Shown piece by piece: positions 1-9,124 of a DNA stretch of 24,000 nucleotides. Below the pieces are notes generated by a model. The model saw only the letters and a list, made by a program, of their open reading frames with translations, searched no databases and had not been told where the DNA came from. The stretch lies in assembly GCF_027568575.1 (NCBI RefSeq), contig NZ_JANUVP010000001.1. One strand, 5' to 3'. The DNA is from Caldifermentibacillus hisashii. GTDB taxonomy: Bacteria; Bacillota; Bacilli; Bacillales; Caldibacillaceae. A program made the translations under genes and the position numbers. The stretch's first letter is position 1. Each line of letters starts with the position of its first letter.

Positions 1-798
1 TTCCTTTAATTGATTATTGGCTGAACCGGCGATGACTTTTGCCTTCAACTGAGGAATTGTTTCGTCATTTAAAATGGCGCCTAAAGCACAAGGTGAAAAC
101 ACATCACATTCGACAGCATAAATATCGGCAGGATCTACAGCTTCTGCCCCAAATTCATCTTGAACTCTTTTCACAGCTTCTTTATTAATATCTGTTACGA
201 TCAGTTTTGCCCCTTCTTCAAAAAGAAAACGGCAAAGATGATAAGCAACATTGCCTGCTCCTTGAACAGCAACCACTTTTCCTTCCAATGAATCATTTCC
301 AAAGTATTCTGATACAGCTGCTTTCATCCCTTTGTAAATGCCGTAAGCCGTCGCCGGTGAAGGATTTCCCGATGATCCAAAAGCAGGAGAAACACCTGTT
401 ACGAATTCCGTTTCTTGGTAAATAATATCCATATCTTCTACTGTTGTACCCACATCTTCCGCCGTTATATACCTGCCATTTAATCCTTGAATAAATCGAC
501 CGTAAGCACGGAACTTTTCTTCACTTTTATCGCTTTTCGGATCACCGATAATAACTGCTTTTCCGCCTCCTAAATTTAAACCGCTGGCGGCATTTTTGTA
601 AGTCATTCCCTTGGCAAGTCTTAAGGCATCAATAATGGCTGCTTCTTCTGAGGCGTATGTCCACATTCTTGTTCCCCCAAGAGCAGGTCCTAAGGTTGTA
701 TCATGTATGGCAATAATCGCTTTTAGACCTGAATTTTTATCTTGAACAAAATGCAATTCCTCATAATCAAACTCTTCCATATACCGAAAAATATCCAT
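1..798 (-). CDS. bcd: Leucine (branched-chain amino acid) dehydrogenase, C-terminus runs off the window start; ATG at 798
   Basis: Manual reverse-strand translation gives [46 protein letters not shown]...[16 protein letters not shown]...[15 protein letters not shown], typical of Leu/Phe/Val dehydrogenases; RBS AGGAGG just upstream. Not in the supplied ORF track because it has no stop inside the window. Confidence 0.95.
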   Translation of the reverse strand, partial: MDIFRYMEEFDYEELHFVQDKNSGLKAIIAIHDTTLGPALGGTRMWTYASEEAAIIDALRLAKGMTYKNAASGLNLGGGKAVIIGDPKSDKSEEKFRAYGRFIQGLNGRYITAEDVGTTVEDMDIIYQETEFVTGVSPAFGSSGNPSPATAYGIYKGMKAAVSEYFGNDSLEGKVVAVQGAGNVAYHLCRFLFEEGAKLIVTDINKEAVKRVQDEFGAEAVDPADIYAVECDVFSPCALGAILNDETIPQLKAKVIAGSANNQLKE

Positions 799-845
799 TG
801 CTGCAACTCTCCTCCTGTTTGTAAAATTGAACTCATAGAATATAC

Positions 846-861
846 TGCAAAAACAATGCCA
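846..861 (-). promoter_or_regulatory. Sigma-54 (SigL) -24/-12 promoter for bcd: TGGCAT-N5-TTGCA
   Basis: Minus strand TGGCATTGTTTTTGCA, with GG and GC separated by exactly 10 nt, about 48 nt upstream of the bcd ATG and next to the sigma-54 activator gene bkdR. Confidence 0.85.
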
Positions 862-1011
862 TGAATAGGTGAAAATAATAATGGTTCATACCAAAAACGT
901 TTTTCGCATAAAATTTTGTCTAAAACCCCATTTTATACAACAAAAATCGAGGGCTTGGACAAAAATCCGGACTTGGGTTTCAACCGATAATGATGAAAAC
1001 ATCTGTTGATT

Positions 1012-1060
1012 CTGCAAGTATTTGCAAACCATGCAAAATTCCGCTTGCAAGAAATTGCAA
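1012..1060. promoter_or_regulatory. Candidate BkdR upstream activating sequences: two (T)TGCAA-N4-TTGCAA dyads plus a central ATGCAA half site
   Basis: CTGCAAGTATTTGCAA (1012-1027) and TTGCAAGAAATTGCAA (1045-1060) match at 13/16 positions with centres 33 bp apart; ATGCAA at 1031-1036; located about 180-225 bp upstream of the predicted sigma-54 start. Confidence 0.5.
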
Positions 1061-2758
1061 TTATAAGCCGTATTTTTCCATTTTATAATATAAAGTTCGA
1101 ATCGAAACTCCCAGCTCTTTGGCTGTTTTTGTTTTATTTCCACGATGTTTATGTAAAATATGGCTAATAATCCTTTTCTCAAAGTTCTCCACCAAAGTAT
1201 ACAACGGTAAAGACGCTTCATTCGGATGATCTTGCTCTTGATTTTTTTGAAAGTTATATCCGAGTTTTGACAGATGCTTTATATCTATCCTATTTTCACT
1301 ATAGTCCATAAAAATAATTGCACGACCGAGTATATTTTCCAATTCACGAACATTTCCCGGCCAAGCATAGCGTTTTAACAGTTCAGCTGCTTCATTCGTT
1401 ATGCCCTCGACGTTTCTGCCGTAGTCATGATTTATTTTTTTGATTAAATGATCACAGAGCAACGGGATATCCTCTAAACGGGACCTTAAAGGTGGTATGT
1501 ATATTGGAATTCGGTTAAGTCGATAGAATAAATCCTCCCGAAAATTCCCCTTGCGTATTTCTTGTTCAAGATTTTTGTTCGTAGCCGCAATAATTCTCAC
1601 TTGAATCGAAATCGGCTTCGTTCCACCGACACGAATAATTTCCCGTTCTTGTAACACCCTTAACAATTTTGCTTGTGTACTCAATGATAACTCGCCAATT
1701 TCGTCAAGGAAAATACTCCCATTATTAGCTTCTTCAAAATAACCCTTTTTGCCGCCACGTTTTGCACCGGAAAAGGCTCCTTCTTCATAGCCAAACAGTT
1801 CACTTTCTAATAATGATTCAGAAATTGCCGCACAATTTACCCGAATAAAATGGTTATATTTGCGACCACTTTCATTATGGATCGCATGGGCAAATAATTC
1901 CTTTCCAGTACCTGATTCACCTCTTAGCAAAACCGTTGCCGGGGTCTTGGCCGCGATTCTTGCCTGCTCAATGGCAATAAGCATCTCTTCAGATCGTCCG
2001 ACAATATCGTCAAAGTTATATTTCGCCTCCAATGTCCGAATTCGTTCTTTTGCTCTTTGTAATTCGGTTGTCAGCTCCCGAATTTCCGACATATCATGAA
2101 TGATTCCGACACTGCCTTTTAGCTGACCATCCACAATAATGGGGGCAACATTAACCGCAACCTCTTTTTTCTTAGGACCGACAAGCATTTTAACCCCTCG
2201 AACCGGTTTTTTTGTTTTTAGTACATGAAAATGCATGCTCTCCCCTTTATAAATATCTGTAGTTGCAGGCTTTCCTAGTACATCTTCTTCCGTTAATCCG
2301 GTTATCCGAGTATAGGCGGGGTTAATTAAAATCCCATTTCCGTTTTCATCAACAACGGATATTGCATCATTACTGGAATGGATAATCGCCTTAAGCATGA
2401 CATCGCCTTTTATTGTTTCACTTTGTAATTCTCGAATCAATTGTTCTTTTTCTTTAAAAAGGTGAACGATCATTTCGGCGATTGACCCCGGAACGATGAT
2501 AAAATCCTCCTTAAACTGTTGAAGTTCTTGGTATACTTGTTCATCACCCGTCACATCAATAATGATATCAATTTCTTTATCAATAAATGTACGCCAATCG
2601 TTCCCGTACGGAATCCCTTCTTTTTTTGCAATAAGAATCCCGGGTGCCTGCAAATTTTTATCAATGATCACCCTCGTTTTTAGCGTCTTCATTTCACTTA
2701 AAAGGTTCAAAATTGCAGTACCGCCTTTTCCGGCTCCAATTACCATGACGCTTTGCAA
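1061..2758 (-). CDS. bkdR: Sigma-54-dependent transcriptional activator of branched-chain amino/keto acid catabolism (PAS + AAA+ + HTH)
   Basis: 565 aa; [15 protein letters not shown] Walker [11 protein letters not shown] (GAFTGA-like), C-terminal Fis-type HTH ([24 protein letters not shown]); TTG start with GGGGGTGGGG upstream. Confidence 0.92.
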   Translation of the reverse strand: MQSVMVIGAGKGGTAILNLLSEMKTLKTRVIIDKNLQAPGILIAKKEGIPYGNDWRTFIDKEIDIIIDVTGDEQVYQELQQFKEDFIIVPGSIAEMIVHLFKEKEQLIRELQSETIKGDVMLKAIIHSSNDAISVVDENGNGILINPAYTRITGLTEEDVLGKPATTDIYKGESMHFHVLKTKKPVRGVKMLVGPKKKEVAVNVAPIIVDGQLKGSVGIIHDMSEIRELTTELQRAKERIRTLEAKYNFDDIVGRSEEMLIAIEQARIAAKTPATVLLRGESGTGKELFAHAIHNESGRKYNHFIRVNCAAISESLLESELFGYEEGAFSGAKRGGKKGYFEEANNGSIFLDEIGELSLSTQAKLLRVLQEREIIRVGGTKPISIQVRIIAATNKNLEQEIRKGNFREDLFYRLNRIPIYIPPLRSRLEDIPLLCDHLIKKINHDYGRNVEGITNEAAELLKRYAWPGNVRELENILGRAIIFMDYSENRIDIKHLSKLGYNFQKNQEQDHPNEASLPLYTLVENFEKRIISHILHKHRGNKTKTAKELGVSIRTLYYKMEKYGL

Positions 2759-2918
2759 AACCCCACCCCCACGCTCTAGCTCTACTATAAAATTGTGTAG
2801 TCCGCAATTCTTTGTTTCCTAACACAGTTTGCCTATAGGAGTAACAAAAAAATGCGATTACATAGCCCCTGCCCGTAACGGAAATGTCGATTGAAACAAA
2901 GATAAATCCATTATGGGT

Positions 2919-2924
2919 ATTATA
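2919..2924 (-). promoter_or_regulatory. Extended -10 sigma-A promoter (TGGTATAAT), probably for bkdR
   Basis: Minus strand TTGTGGTATAATACC; weak -35 TTGCAA about 15 nt upstream of the -10. Confidence 0.5.
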
Positions 2925-3029
2925 CCACAACGGGTCTATTTGCAAGGGTAGAAATGAAAGAATTAGGAAAATAAACACAACTTTATCTTGCAATGGAGTA
3001 AAGAGCGGATGAACAAAAAGTCAGTTTTC

Positions 3030-3058
3030 TTGACATTCCATTCGTTTTTTATCATATT
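3030..3058 (+). promoter_or_regulatory. Candidate sigma-A promoter for yqzF: TTGACA-N17-CATATT
   Basis: Perfect -35 and 4/6 -10 upstream of the 3091 ATG. Confidence 0.45.
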
Positions 3059-3090
3059 GAATGCATAAAATTATTTAAAGGGGGCTTTCA

Positions 3091-3330
3091 ATGGGCCGTG
3101 TTTTCGCATTTTTTCTTGCAGCAATCCCCATTAGCTTATCAGTCATCGGTGTGAAATTAATCCGGGATAGCTTGTTTCAAATCATTTATTGGCCGTTTGC
3201 TTTTCCTTGGCTACAAACGATTGTCGGGATTGTCCTGTTTTTGTTGGGTCTTTCCTTTATCGGCGGATTTATTTACCACCGTGATAAAAAAAGAAATAAA
3301 GTGACAAAACGCCGCTTTACCCGTCGGTAA
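3091..3330 (+). CDS. yqzF: DUF2627 family small membrane protein (YqzF-like)
   Basis: 79 aa, two hydrophobic segments and a YHRDKKRNK C-terminal motif; RBS AAAGGGGG; conserved neighbour of bkdR. Confidence 0.8.
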   Translation: MGRVFAFFLAAIPISLSVIGVKLIRDSLFQIIYWPFAFPWLQTIVGIVLFLLGLSFIGGFIYHRDKKRNKVTKRRFTRR

Positions 3331-3346
3331 AATAGTCGGCGTTTTT
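3306..3346. terminator. Bidirectional intrinsic terminator between convergent yqzF and the glpQ-like gene
   Basis: AAAACGCCG...CGGCGTTTTT; left arm lies inside the yqzF 3' end. Confidence 0.75.
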
Positions 3347-3352
3347 GTTCAC

Positions 3353-4075
3353 TTACACGGTTTTTAATTCCTTTGCTTTTTTCGGAAAATCAGTGATTAT
3401 CGCATGTGTATTACAATTCAAAAACCTCTTTATATCTTCATCTTGATTGACTGTGTATGGACGGACTTTTATTCCATGATTTTGCGATAATGTGATCAAT
3501 TCATCGGGGATGACCCGATAATTCGGGTGGATCCCCTTAGCACGAATCGATTGAGCATAAATCCAAGGCATAAACAGACCTTCAGCATATAAGGGAGCCG
3601 TTTCAATTTCAGGAGCAAGTCGATAACAGTAAACAAGGGAGTAATGATTAAAAGAAGAAAAAATGACGCGCTCTTCCAATTTATTTTTTTTGACCATAGC
3701 CACCGTTTTCTCTTCTAATTCATAATTGGAAATTGATTTCGTTTTAAACTCTATATTTACAAATAAATTAGTGCCTTTGAACCATTCAAAAAACTCGTTC
3801 AAGGTCGGGATTTCTGCTTTAAATTGACCATTTTGAAATTTCGCTCCCGCATTCAACTTTTTAATATCTTTCAATAACAAATTATTTATATACCCTTTAC
3901 CGTCAGTCGTTCTATCTACTTTTTCATCATGAATAATGATGACTTCTCCATCTTTTGTTAATTGAACATCCAATTCAATACCGTCTGCACCGGCCCGTTC
4001 TGCCTCTTGAAAAGAAATCATTGTATTTTCAGGGTGCGTACCTGCTGAACCGCGATGCCCAAAAATATATGTCAT
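3353..4075 (-). CDS. Glycerophosphodiester phosphodiesterase (YqiK/GlpQ family)
   Basis: 240 aa, FGHRGSAGTHPENTMISF and GADGIELDVQLTKDGEVIIIHDEKVDRTTDGKG GDPD motifs. Confidence 0.93.
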   Translation of the reverse strand: MTYIFGHRGSAGTHPENTMISFQEAERAGADGIELDVQLTKDGEVIIIHDEKVDRTTDGKGYINNLLLKDIKKLNAGAKFQNGQFKAEIPTLNEFFEWFKGTNLFVNIEFKTKSISNYELEEKTVAMVKKNKLEERVIFSSFNHYSLVYCYRLAPEIETAPLYAEGLFMPWIYAQSIRAKGIHPNYRVIPDELITLSQNHGIKVRPYTVNQDEDIKRFLNCNTHAIITDFPKKAKELKTV

Positions 4076-4152
4076 GCTAACACCCGCTTTGCTTGTTTTA
4101 ATTTTATTTTACACAGCTCTAATTTCCTCGTAAACTTTGTCCAATACATACT

Positions 4153-4944
4153 TTAGGAAGCTTGGTGTTCCAGCCGCAATTTGTCTGCAACCATCGCGAT
4201 GAACTCTGAATTTGTCGGCTTTGCTTTTGACATACTTACGGTATATCCAAACAAATTTGATATCGATTCAATATTGCCGCGGGACCACGCTACTTCAATG
4301 GCATGACGGATGGCCCGTTCTACCCTGCTGGCTGTCGTATTGTATTTTTTAGCAATATCCGGATATAACACTTTTGTAATTGAACCTAATAATTCGATAT
4401 CATTGTACACCATCGAGATCGCATCCCTTAAATACATATATCCTTTAATATGGGCTGGTACGCCGATTTCATGAATAATATTGGTAATACTGGCATCCAG
4501 ACTTTTGTTGGCACGGGGTTGAATAACCGCTTGACTCAAATTATTGTTTGCCATATTATTTTTCGGTAAAAGACCGATTCTAAAAACATTTCGGATTTGT
4601 TCAACCAACTGGTCCATATTGAACGGTTTTAAAACAAAATATGATGCACCCAATTCAAGTGCTTTTTTTGTGACATCTTCTTGACCAAATGCGGTTAGCA
4701 TAATAACTTTTGGCATGTATTCTTTTTCCTTTAATCGTTCTAAAACCGCAAGACCATCCAAATGAGGCATAATAATATCCAATAATAAAACATCCGGTTT
4801 TAATTGATCAATCATTTTTAAACAATCTTGCCCATTAAATGCTATATCAACAACTTCCATCCCTTCTTGACTATTTATGTAATTTTTTAATAAATTAGTT
4901 AGTTCTTTATTGTCATCAACAATACAAACTTTAATATTTTCCAC
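4153..4944 (-). CDS. spo0A: Master sporulation response regulator Spo0A
   Basis: 263 aa receiver domain with DD, D and K signature residues ([22 protein letters not shown]) and Spo0A_C helices ([20 protein letters not shown]). Confidence 0.98.
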   Translation of the reverse strand: MENIKVCIVDDNKELTNLLKNYINSQEGMEVVDIAFNGQDCLKMIDQLKPDVLLLDIIMPHLDGLAVLERLKEKEYMPKVIMLTAFGQEDVTKKALELGASYFVLKPFNMDQLVEQIRNVFRIGLLPKNNMANNNLSQAVIQPRANKSLDASITNIIHEIGVPAHIKGYMYLRDAISMVYNDIELLGSITKVLYPDIAKKYNTTASRVERAIRHAIEVAWSRGNIESISNLFGYTVSMSKAKPTNSEFIAMVADKLRLEHQAS

Positions 4945-4973
4945 AAGACATCCTCCCTATACAAAATCTCTTT

Positions 4974-4999
4974 ATTCATTGTAAATAAAATTTTCGACA
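4974..4999 (-). promoter_or_regulatory. Candidate sigma-H promoter with overlapping 0A box (TGTCGAA) for spo0A
   Basis: Minus strand TGTCGAAAATTTTATTTACAATGAAT: perfect 0A box at 4993-4999 and -10-like GAAT at 4974-4977; another one-mismatch box (TGTAGAA) at 5063-5069. Confidence 0.5.
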
Positions 5000-5140
5000 C
5001 TTCCAATAAAAATCCCTTTAATTTTTTAAAAAAATGTCCTTTTTCCTATATTTCTTACTTTTTTCTACAACATGTGACATTTTTCTTTTTTTATCGGTAA
5101 AAATTTCAATTTGGCCCACTTCGAATTTTAGGTAAAAGCG

Positions 5141-5175
5141 AAAAAAAAAACGAGAAGCCCGTTTGGGTCTCGTTT
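5141..5175 (-). terminator. Intrinsic terminator of spoIVB
   Basis: Minus strand AACGAGACCCAAACGGGCTTCTCGTTTTTTTTTT; overlaps the spoIVB stop codon. Confidence 0.85.
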
Positions 5176-6457
5176 AACTTGCTTTTTCTTCATTCTCATA
5201 TATATTTATGCCGGCTTCATTTAACATCCACTCAATATGAACGCCGTAGCCGCTTGTCGGATCATTGACAAAAACATGGGTTACCGCCCCGATCAATTTA
5301 CCGTCCTGAATGATTGGACTACCACTCATTCCTTGGACAATTCCCCCCGTTTTTTCCAATAGCTTCGGATCCGTTATTTTTAATACCATTCCTTTTGTGG
5401 CCGGAAATTTTTGTGGAATGGAACTGATGATTTCAATATCAAACAATTCCACTTTGTCATTATCAACAACAGTCAATATTTTTGCCGGTCCTTTTTTTAC
5501 TTCATGGGATAATGCAATTGGAATCGGCTCATTCATAACCGGATTCGATAAAGTTTTATGGATTGTTCCATATATGCCAAACTGATTATTTTTTTCGATA
5601 TTCCCAATCGTATTCCTTTGATTTAAAAATTTGGCCAATTTTTCCCCCGGTACACCATTCGCACCTTTTTGAATGGAGGTTACGGTTGAAGGAACAATAT
5701 ATCCATCTTTTACAACGATCGGTAATTTTGTATCCATATCTGATATGACATGTCCCAGCGCCCCATATTTTTTCGACTTTGGATCATAAAATGTTAATGT
5801 TCCAATTCCGGCGGCTGAGTCACGAATATAGAGACCTAATTTGTAATTACTATCCCCTTTTTCTTGCTGTGGTGTTAATTGGGTTTCGAATTCTTTATCT
5901 TCTCTTTGAATGCCTAGTTGCAAAGGTTCCCCTTTTTCCCCCGCTTCTTGTACGAAGGAACCCACTTCATTGATGGATTCAATGGTTTTTCCGTTAATTT
6001 TTGTAATTAAGTCACCGATTTTAATCCCTGCTTCTTCACCAGGGGAAACCTTACCTGCATCGGTCTCTACTTGATGATAACCGACGACCAAAACCCCTTT
6101 TGAATTTATTTTTACACCAATGGATTGTCCGCCGGGGATGACCTTAAAATCCTTCAACACGTTTACATGTACTTTTTTGATTGGTAAACCTGCTATATGG
6201 TAAACGACTTCACTTTCACCTTTTTGTTTTGCTTGAAGCTGTATTTCATTTTCCTTTTGAAGTTGTAGATGATCCCGGTCACCATTCGCCTCTACAAAAG
6301 TTGCAGTGGGTAAAGTGAAAGTCTGCCCTTCAAAAAACGTGATCTCATTCGGTATTTTCAGTATTCTTCCGACTGGTGAAAAAAAAGTAAGTAAAACGAA
6401 AGAAACAAGGAGAATATACCCAAATCTTTTTCTAATTTTGTCTCTGTCCATTTCCAT
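5174..6457 (-). CDS. spoIVB: SpoIVB peptidase (PDZ + S55 serine peptidase)
   Basis: PDZ region [21 protein letters not shown]..., catalytic [21 protein letters not shown]; start placed at ATG 6457 (GGAGAG RBS) rather than the longer 6517 ORF start. Confidence 0.93.
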   Translation of the reverse strand: MEMDRDKIRKRFGYILLVSFVLLTFFSPVGRILKIPNEITFFEGQTFTLPTATFVEANGDRDHLQLQKENEIQLQAKQKGESEVVYHIAGLPIKKVHVNVLKDFKVIPGGQSIGVKINSKGVLVVGYHQVETDAGKVSPGEEAGIKIGDLITKINGKTIESINEVGSFVQEAGEKGEPLQLGIQREDKEFETQLTPQQEKGDSNYKLGLYIRDSAAGIGTLTFYDPKSKKYGALGHVISDMDTKLPIVVKDGYIVPSTVTSIQKGANGVPGEKLAKFLNQRNTIGNIEKNNQFGIYGTIHKTLSNPVMNEPIPIALSHEVKKGPAKILTVVDNDKVELFDIEIISSIPQKFPATKGMVLKITDPKLLEKTGGIVQGMSGSPIIQDGKLIGAVTHVFVNDPTSGYGVHIEWMLNEAGINIYENEEKAS

Positions 6458-6610
6458 CCACTCTCCTCGCTTCATGTCCACACAAAGGTTACATTTATAA
6501 TCTTGCCGATAAAGCAAGCAATTATAATGACAGAAATAAAAAAAATACTGTAGAGAATGGATATTTTTGGACGAACTCTTATTTATACTTTTAAAAATGA
6601 ACTTATCAAT

Positions 6611-8302
6611 TTAACTGAGCGTATTTTTTAATTCCGCAGCACTTTGTAACATCTCTTTCGCATGTTGTTCGGTTGCTGTCGTAATTTGTGCACCCGAAAT
6701 CATCCGGGCCAGTTCACCGATCCGTCCCTCTTCAGTTAACTTGGACAGGATGGTTTTTGTCCGATTGCCCTTTACTTCTTTTTTAATTAAGATATGATGA
6801 TCGGACATCGCCGCAACTTGCGGTAAATGGGTAATGGATAGCACTTGAGAACCAACTGATATTTGGTAAATCTTTTCGCCGATTGCTTGGGCAACACGAC
6901 CGCTTACACCTGTATCCACTTCATCAAAAATGATCGAAGTAATTCCTTGATGTGAAGAAAAGATGGTTTTTAATGCCAGCATGATTCGGGACAATTCACC
7001 ACCCGAAGCAATTTTTGTCAACGGTTTCGGCGGTTCACCCGGGTTTGTACTCATATAAAATTCAACCTGGTCCATTCCGTTCGGATAAAACTTTTGGGAC
7101 TGTTCTAAGAAGTATACATGAAAAACCGTTTTTTCCATATAAAGACTTTTTAATTGTTGATGAATAGCATGGGCAAGTTTTTTGGCAGTTTTTTTCCGTA
7201 AATCCGTTAAATTTTTTCCTTCTACTGCTAAATCTTTTTCCACAGACTTTAGTTTTTTATTCAACGATTCAATATGATTTTCTTTATTGGAAATCATTTC
7301 AATTTCTTCTTCAATTTTTGAAGCATATTCAAGAATCATTTCAATTGTTTGACCGTATTTTCTCTTCAATTGGTTAATTTCATTTAAACGAGTCTCTATT
7401 TCATTCAACCGGTTTGGATCAAATTCCATTTCATCTAATTGTGATCGGAGTGAATGAACCACATCCTCTAACTGATAAAAACTGTTGGATATAATTTGTC
7501 GAGTATCATTGTAGGCTTCATCAATGCCGGCTGCTTCTTCAATATTGGAAAGAGCTAAACTGACCCAATCCAAACCTTTTTGCTCACCTTGTAAAGCTTC
7601 ATATGCGGTAAGAATGGAATGATAAAGTTTTTCAAAATTATTCAGTTTCCTTTTTTCCGTTAATAATTCTTCATCTTCGCCAATGGTAAGTTCAGCATTG
7701 GTAATTTCCTCGAGCTGAAATGTTAATAAATCTAATCGTTGGGCCATCAGTTGTTCATTTTGGGTAAGGGCAGCAATATCCTTTTTGATTTTTTCATATT
7801 CGCGATAAAGCGTTTGATATTCAGTTAATGCTTTTTGAACAGCTTGTCCACCAAATTGATCAAGTAAAGTCAGATGGTTTTTTTCATCCATAAGTTCTTG
7901 ATTTTCATGTTGTCCGTGAATGTCAACTAATGTGCGGCCGATTTCCCGGAGTGTTGCAATGGTAACTAGTTTTCCGTTTATTCGACAAACACTTTTACCG
8001 GAAGCGTACATGTCCCTTTTGAGAACAATCATACCATCTTCCATTTCGATTCCAAAAACGGCTAATTTTTCAATGGAAGGATGATCATCTTCAACTAAAA
8101 ATAACCCTTCTATCTCCGCTTTTTCTTCCCCGTGCCGAACAAAATCAGACGAGCCTCTCCCACCGATCAAAAGATGAATTGCATCGATAATGATTGATTT
8201 TCCTGCACCGGTTTCTCCGGTTAATACAGTGAAACCTTTTTGAAATGAAATTGAAATTGATTCAATGATCGCAAAGTTTTTTATCGCAAGTTCTGCCAAC
8301 AA
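6611..8302 (-). CDS. recN: DNA repair protein RecN
   Basis: 563 aa, N-terminal MLAELAIKNFAIIESISISFQKGFTVLTGETGAGKSIIIDAI and C-terminal SGGELSRIMLALK, IIFDEVDTGVSG. Confidence 0.98.
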   Translation of the reverse strand: MLAELAIKNFAIIESISISFQKGFTVLTGETGAGKSIIIDAIHLLIGGRGSSDFVRHGEEKAEIEGLFLVEDDHPSIEKLAVFGIEMEDGMIVLKRDMYASGKSVCRINGKLVTIATLREIGRTLVDIHGQHENQELMDEKNHLTLLDQFGGQAVQKALTEYQTLYREYEKIKKDIAALTQNEQLMAQRLDLLTFQLEEITNAELTIGEDEELLTEKRKLNNFEKLYHSILTAYEALQGEQKGLDWVSLALSNIEEAAGIDEAYNDTRQIISNSFYQLEDVVHSLRSQLDEMEFDPNRLNEIETRLNEINQLKRKYGQTIEMILEYASKIEEEIEMISNKENHIESLNKKLKSVEKDLAVEGKNLTDLRKKTAKKLAHAIHQQLKSLYMEKTVFHVYFLEQSQKFYPNGMDQVEFYMSTNPGEPPKPLTKIASGGELSRIMLALKTIFSSHQGITSIIFDEVDTGVSGRVAQAIGEKIYQISVGSQVLSITHLPQVAAMSDHHILIKKEVKGNRTKTILSKLTEEGRIGELARMISGAQITTATEQHAKEMLQSAAELKNTLS

Positions 8303-8355
8303 GTTTTTCCCTCTCCTTTATTGACTACATTTTTTGAAGTTGGATGTATTGGCCG

Positions 8356-8811
8356 TTAAGCAAGCATATTGATTAATCTATCTTTAATTCGTTCCCCGTC
8401 TTCCGGTGTAGCAACAATAATCAAACAAGTATCATCTCCGCAAACAGTTCCTAAAATTTCATCCCAATCAAGTTGGTCAATCAAATTCCCTACCGCATTC
8501 GCATTACCCGGTATCGTTTTTAAAATGATAAAATGATCGACCATATTTATTTTTACAAAGGCATCGACTAAAAGTTTTTGCAATTTTTCCATTGGGTTAT
8601 ATCTTTGATCCGATGGGAGACTATACTTATAAAGTCCGTTTTTTGATGGTATTTTCACGAGATGAAGCTCTTTGATGTCACGGGAGATTGTGGCTTGCGT
8701 TACATTAAAGCCGGCGTTTTTTAATTGTTCAACAAGTTCATCCTGTGTTTCAATATCATATTTGGCTATGATTTCCCGTATTTTTAAATGACGTTGCAGT
8801 TTACTCATCAT
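8356..8811 (-). CDS. ahrC: Arginine repressor/activator ArgR/AhrC
   Basis: 151 aa with [17 protein letters not shown] and the C-terminal [13 protein letters not shown] arginine-binding motif. Confidence 0.97.
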   Translation of the reverse strand: MMSKLQRHLKIREIIAKYDIETQDELVEQLKNAGFNVTQATISRDIKELHLVKIPSKNGLYKYSLPSDQRYNPMEKLQKLLVDAFVKINMVDHFIILKTIPGNANAVGNLIDQLDWDEILGTVCGDDTCLIIVATPEDGERIKDRLINMLA

Positions 8812-9097
8812 TTCACCCGCTTAAATAATCATTATTTTATTTTCTATATCTATTTTACATAAAAATTTTGTCGGTGGAAAAATATGAAGATGAAAATTAA
8901 CTGTTTCTCTATGATGTTCGCGTTATTAGCGATCCGGTAGAGCTCATCTTATTTGTTGTTGCCTTTCATTTCCCCTTACCCTGCCCCCTGCTTATCCTTA
9001 TTATAAGGGAAACAAAGACATTTAAAAATGGTCTTTTTGTAAGTGCAATAGGAAATAATCATGGCCGCCGTATTTATACAGGGATTTTTGAATTTAA

Positions 9098-9124
9098 AAA
9101 AAGAGAGGTTATTCCTCTCTTTTT
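9098..9124 (-). terminator. Intrinsic terminator of yqxC
   Basis: Minus strand AAAAAGAGAGG-AATAA-CCTCTCTTTTT followed by TT; 11-bp stem with the yqxC TAA in the loop. Confidence 0.85.

Noticed and set aside
207-425. Plus-strand ORF of 72 aa in the track
   Set aside because: Fully antisense to the bcd coding sequence, low-complexity composition, no recognisable family.
922-980. Possible bkdR terminator from AAACCC...GGGTTT
   Set aside because: Only a 6-bp arm with about 40-nt loop and no U-tract; not supported as an intrinsic terminator.
886-1221. 111-aa minus-strand ORF over the bkdR-bcd spacer
   Set aside because: Covers the bkdR 3' end and the regulatory repeats; no family match recognised. 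The repeats explain the region better.
2694-2993. 99-aa minus-strand ORF overlapping the bkdR start
   Set aside because: Overlaps the conserved BkdR N-terminus out of frame and the predicted promoter; composition not protein-like beyond one hydrophobic patch.
6518-6560. Possible sigma-G/sigma-F promoter for spoIVB (CATTATA with upstream GTATT)
   Set aside because: Spacer is only about 14 nt versus 17-18 expected; not convincing without TSS data.
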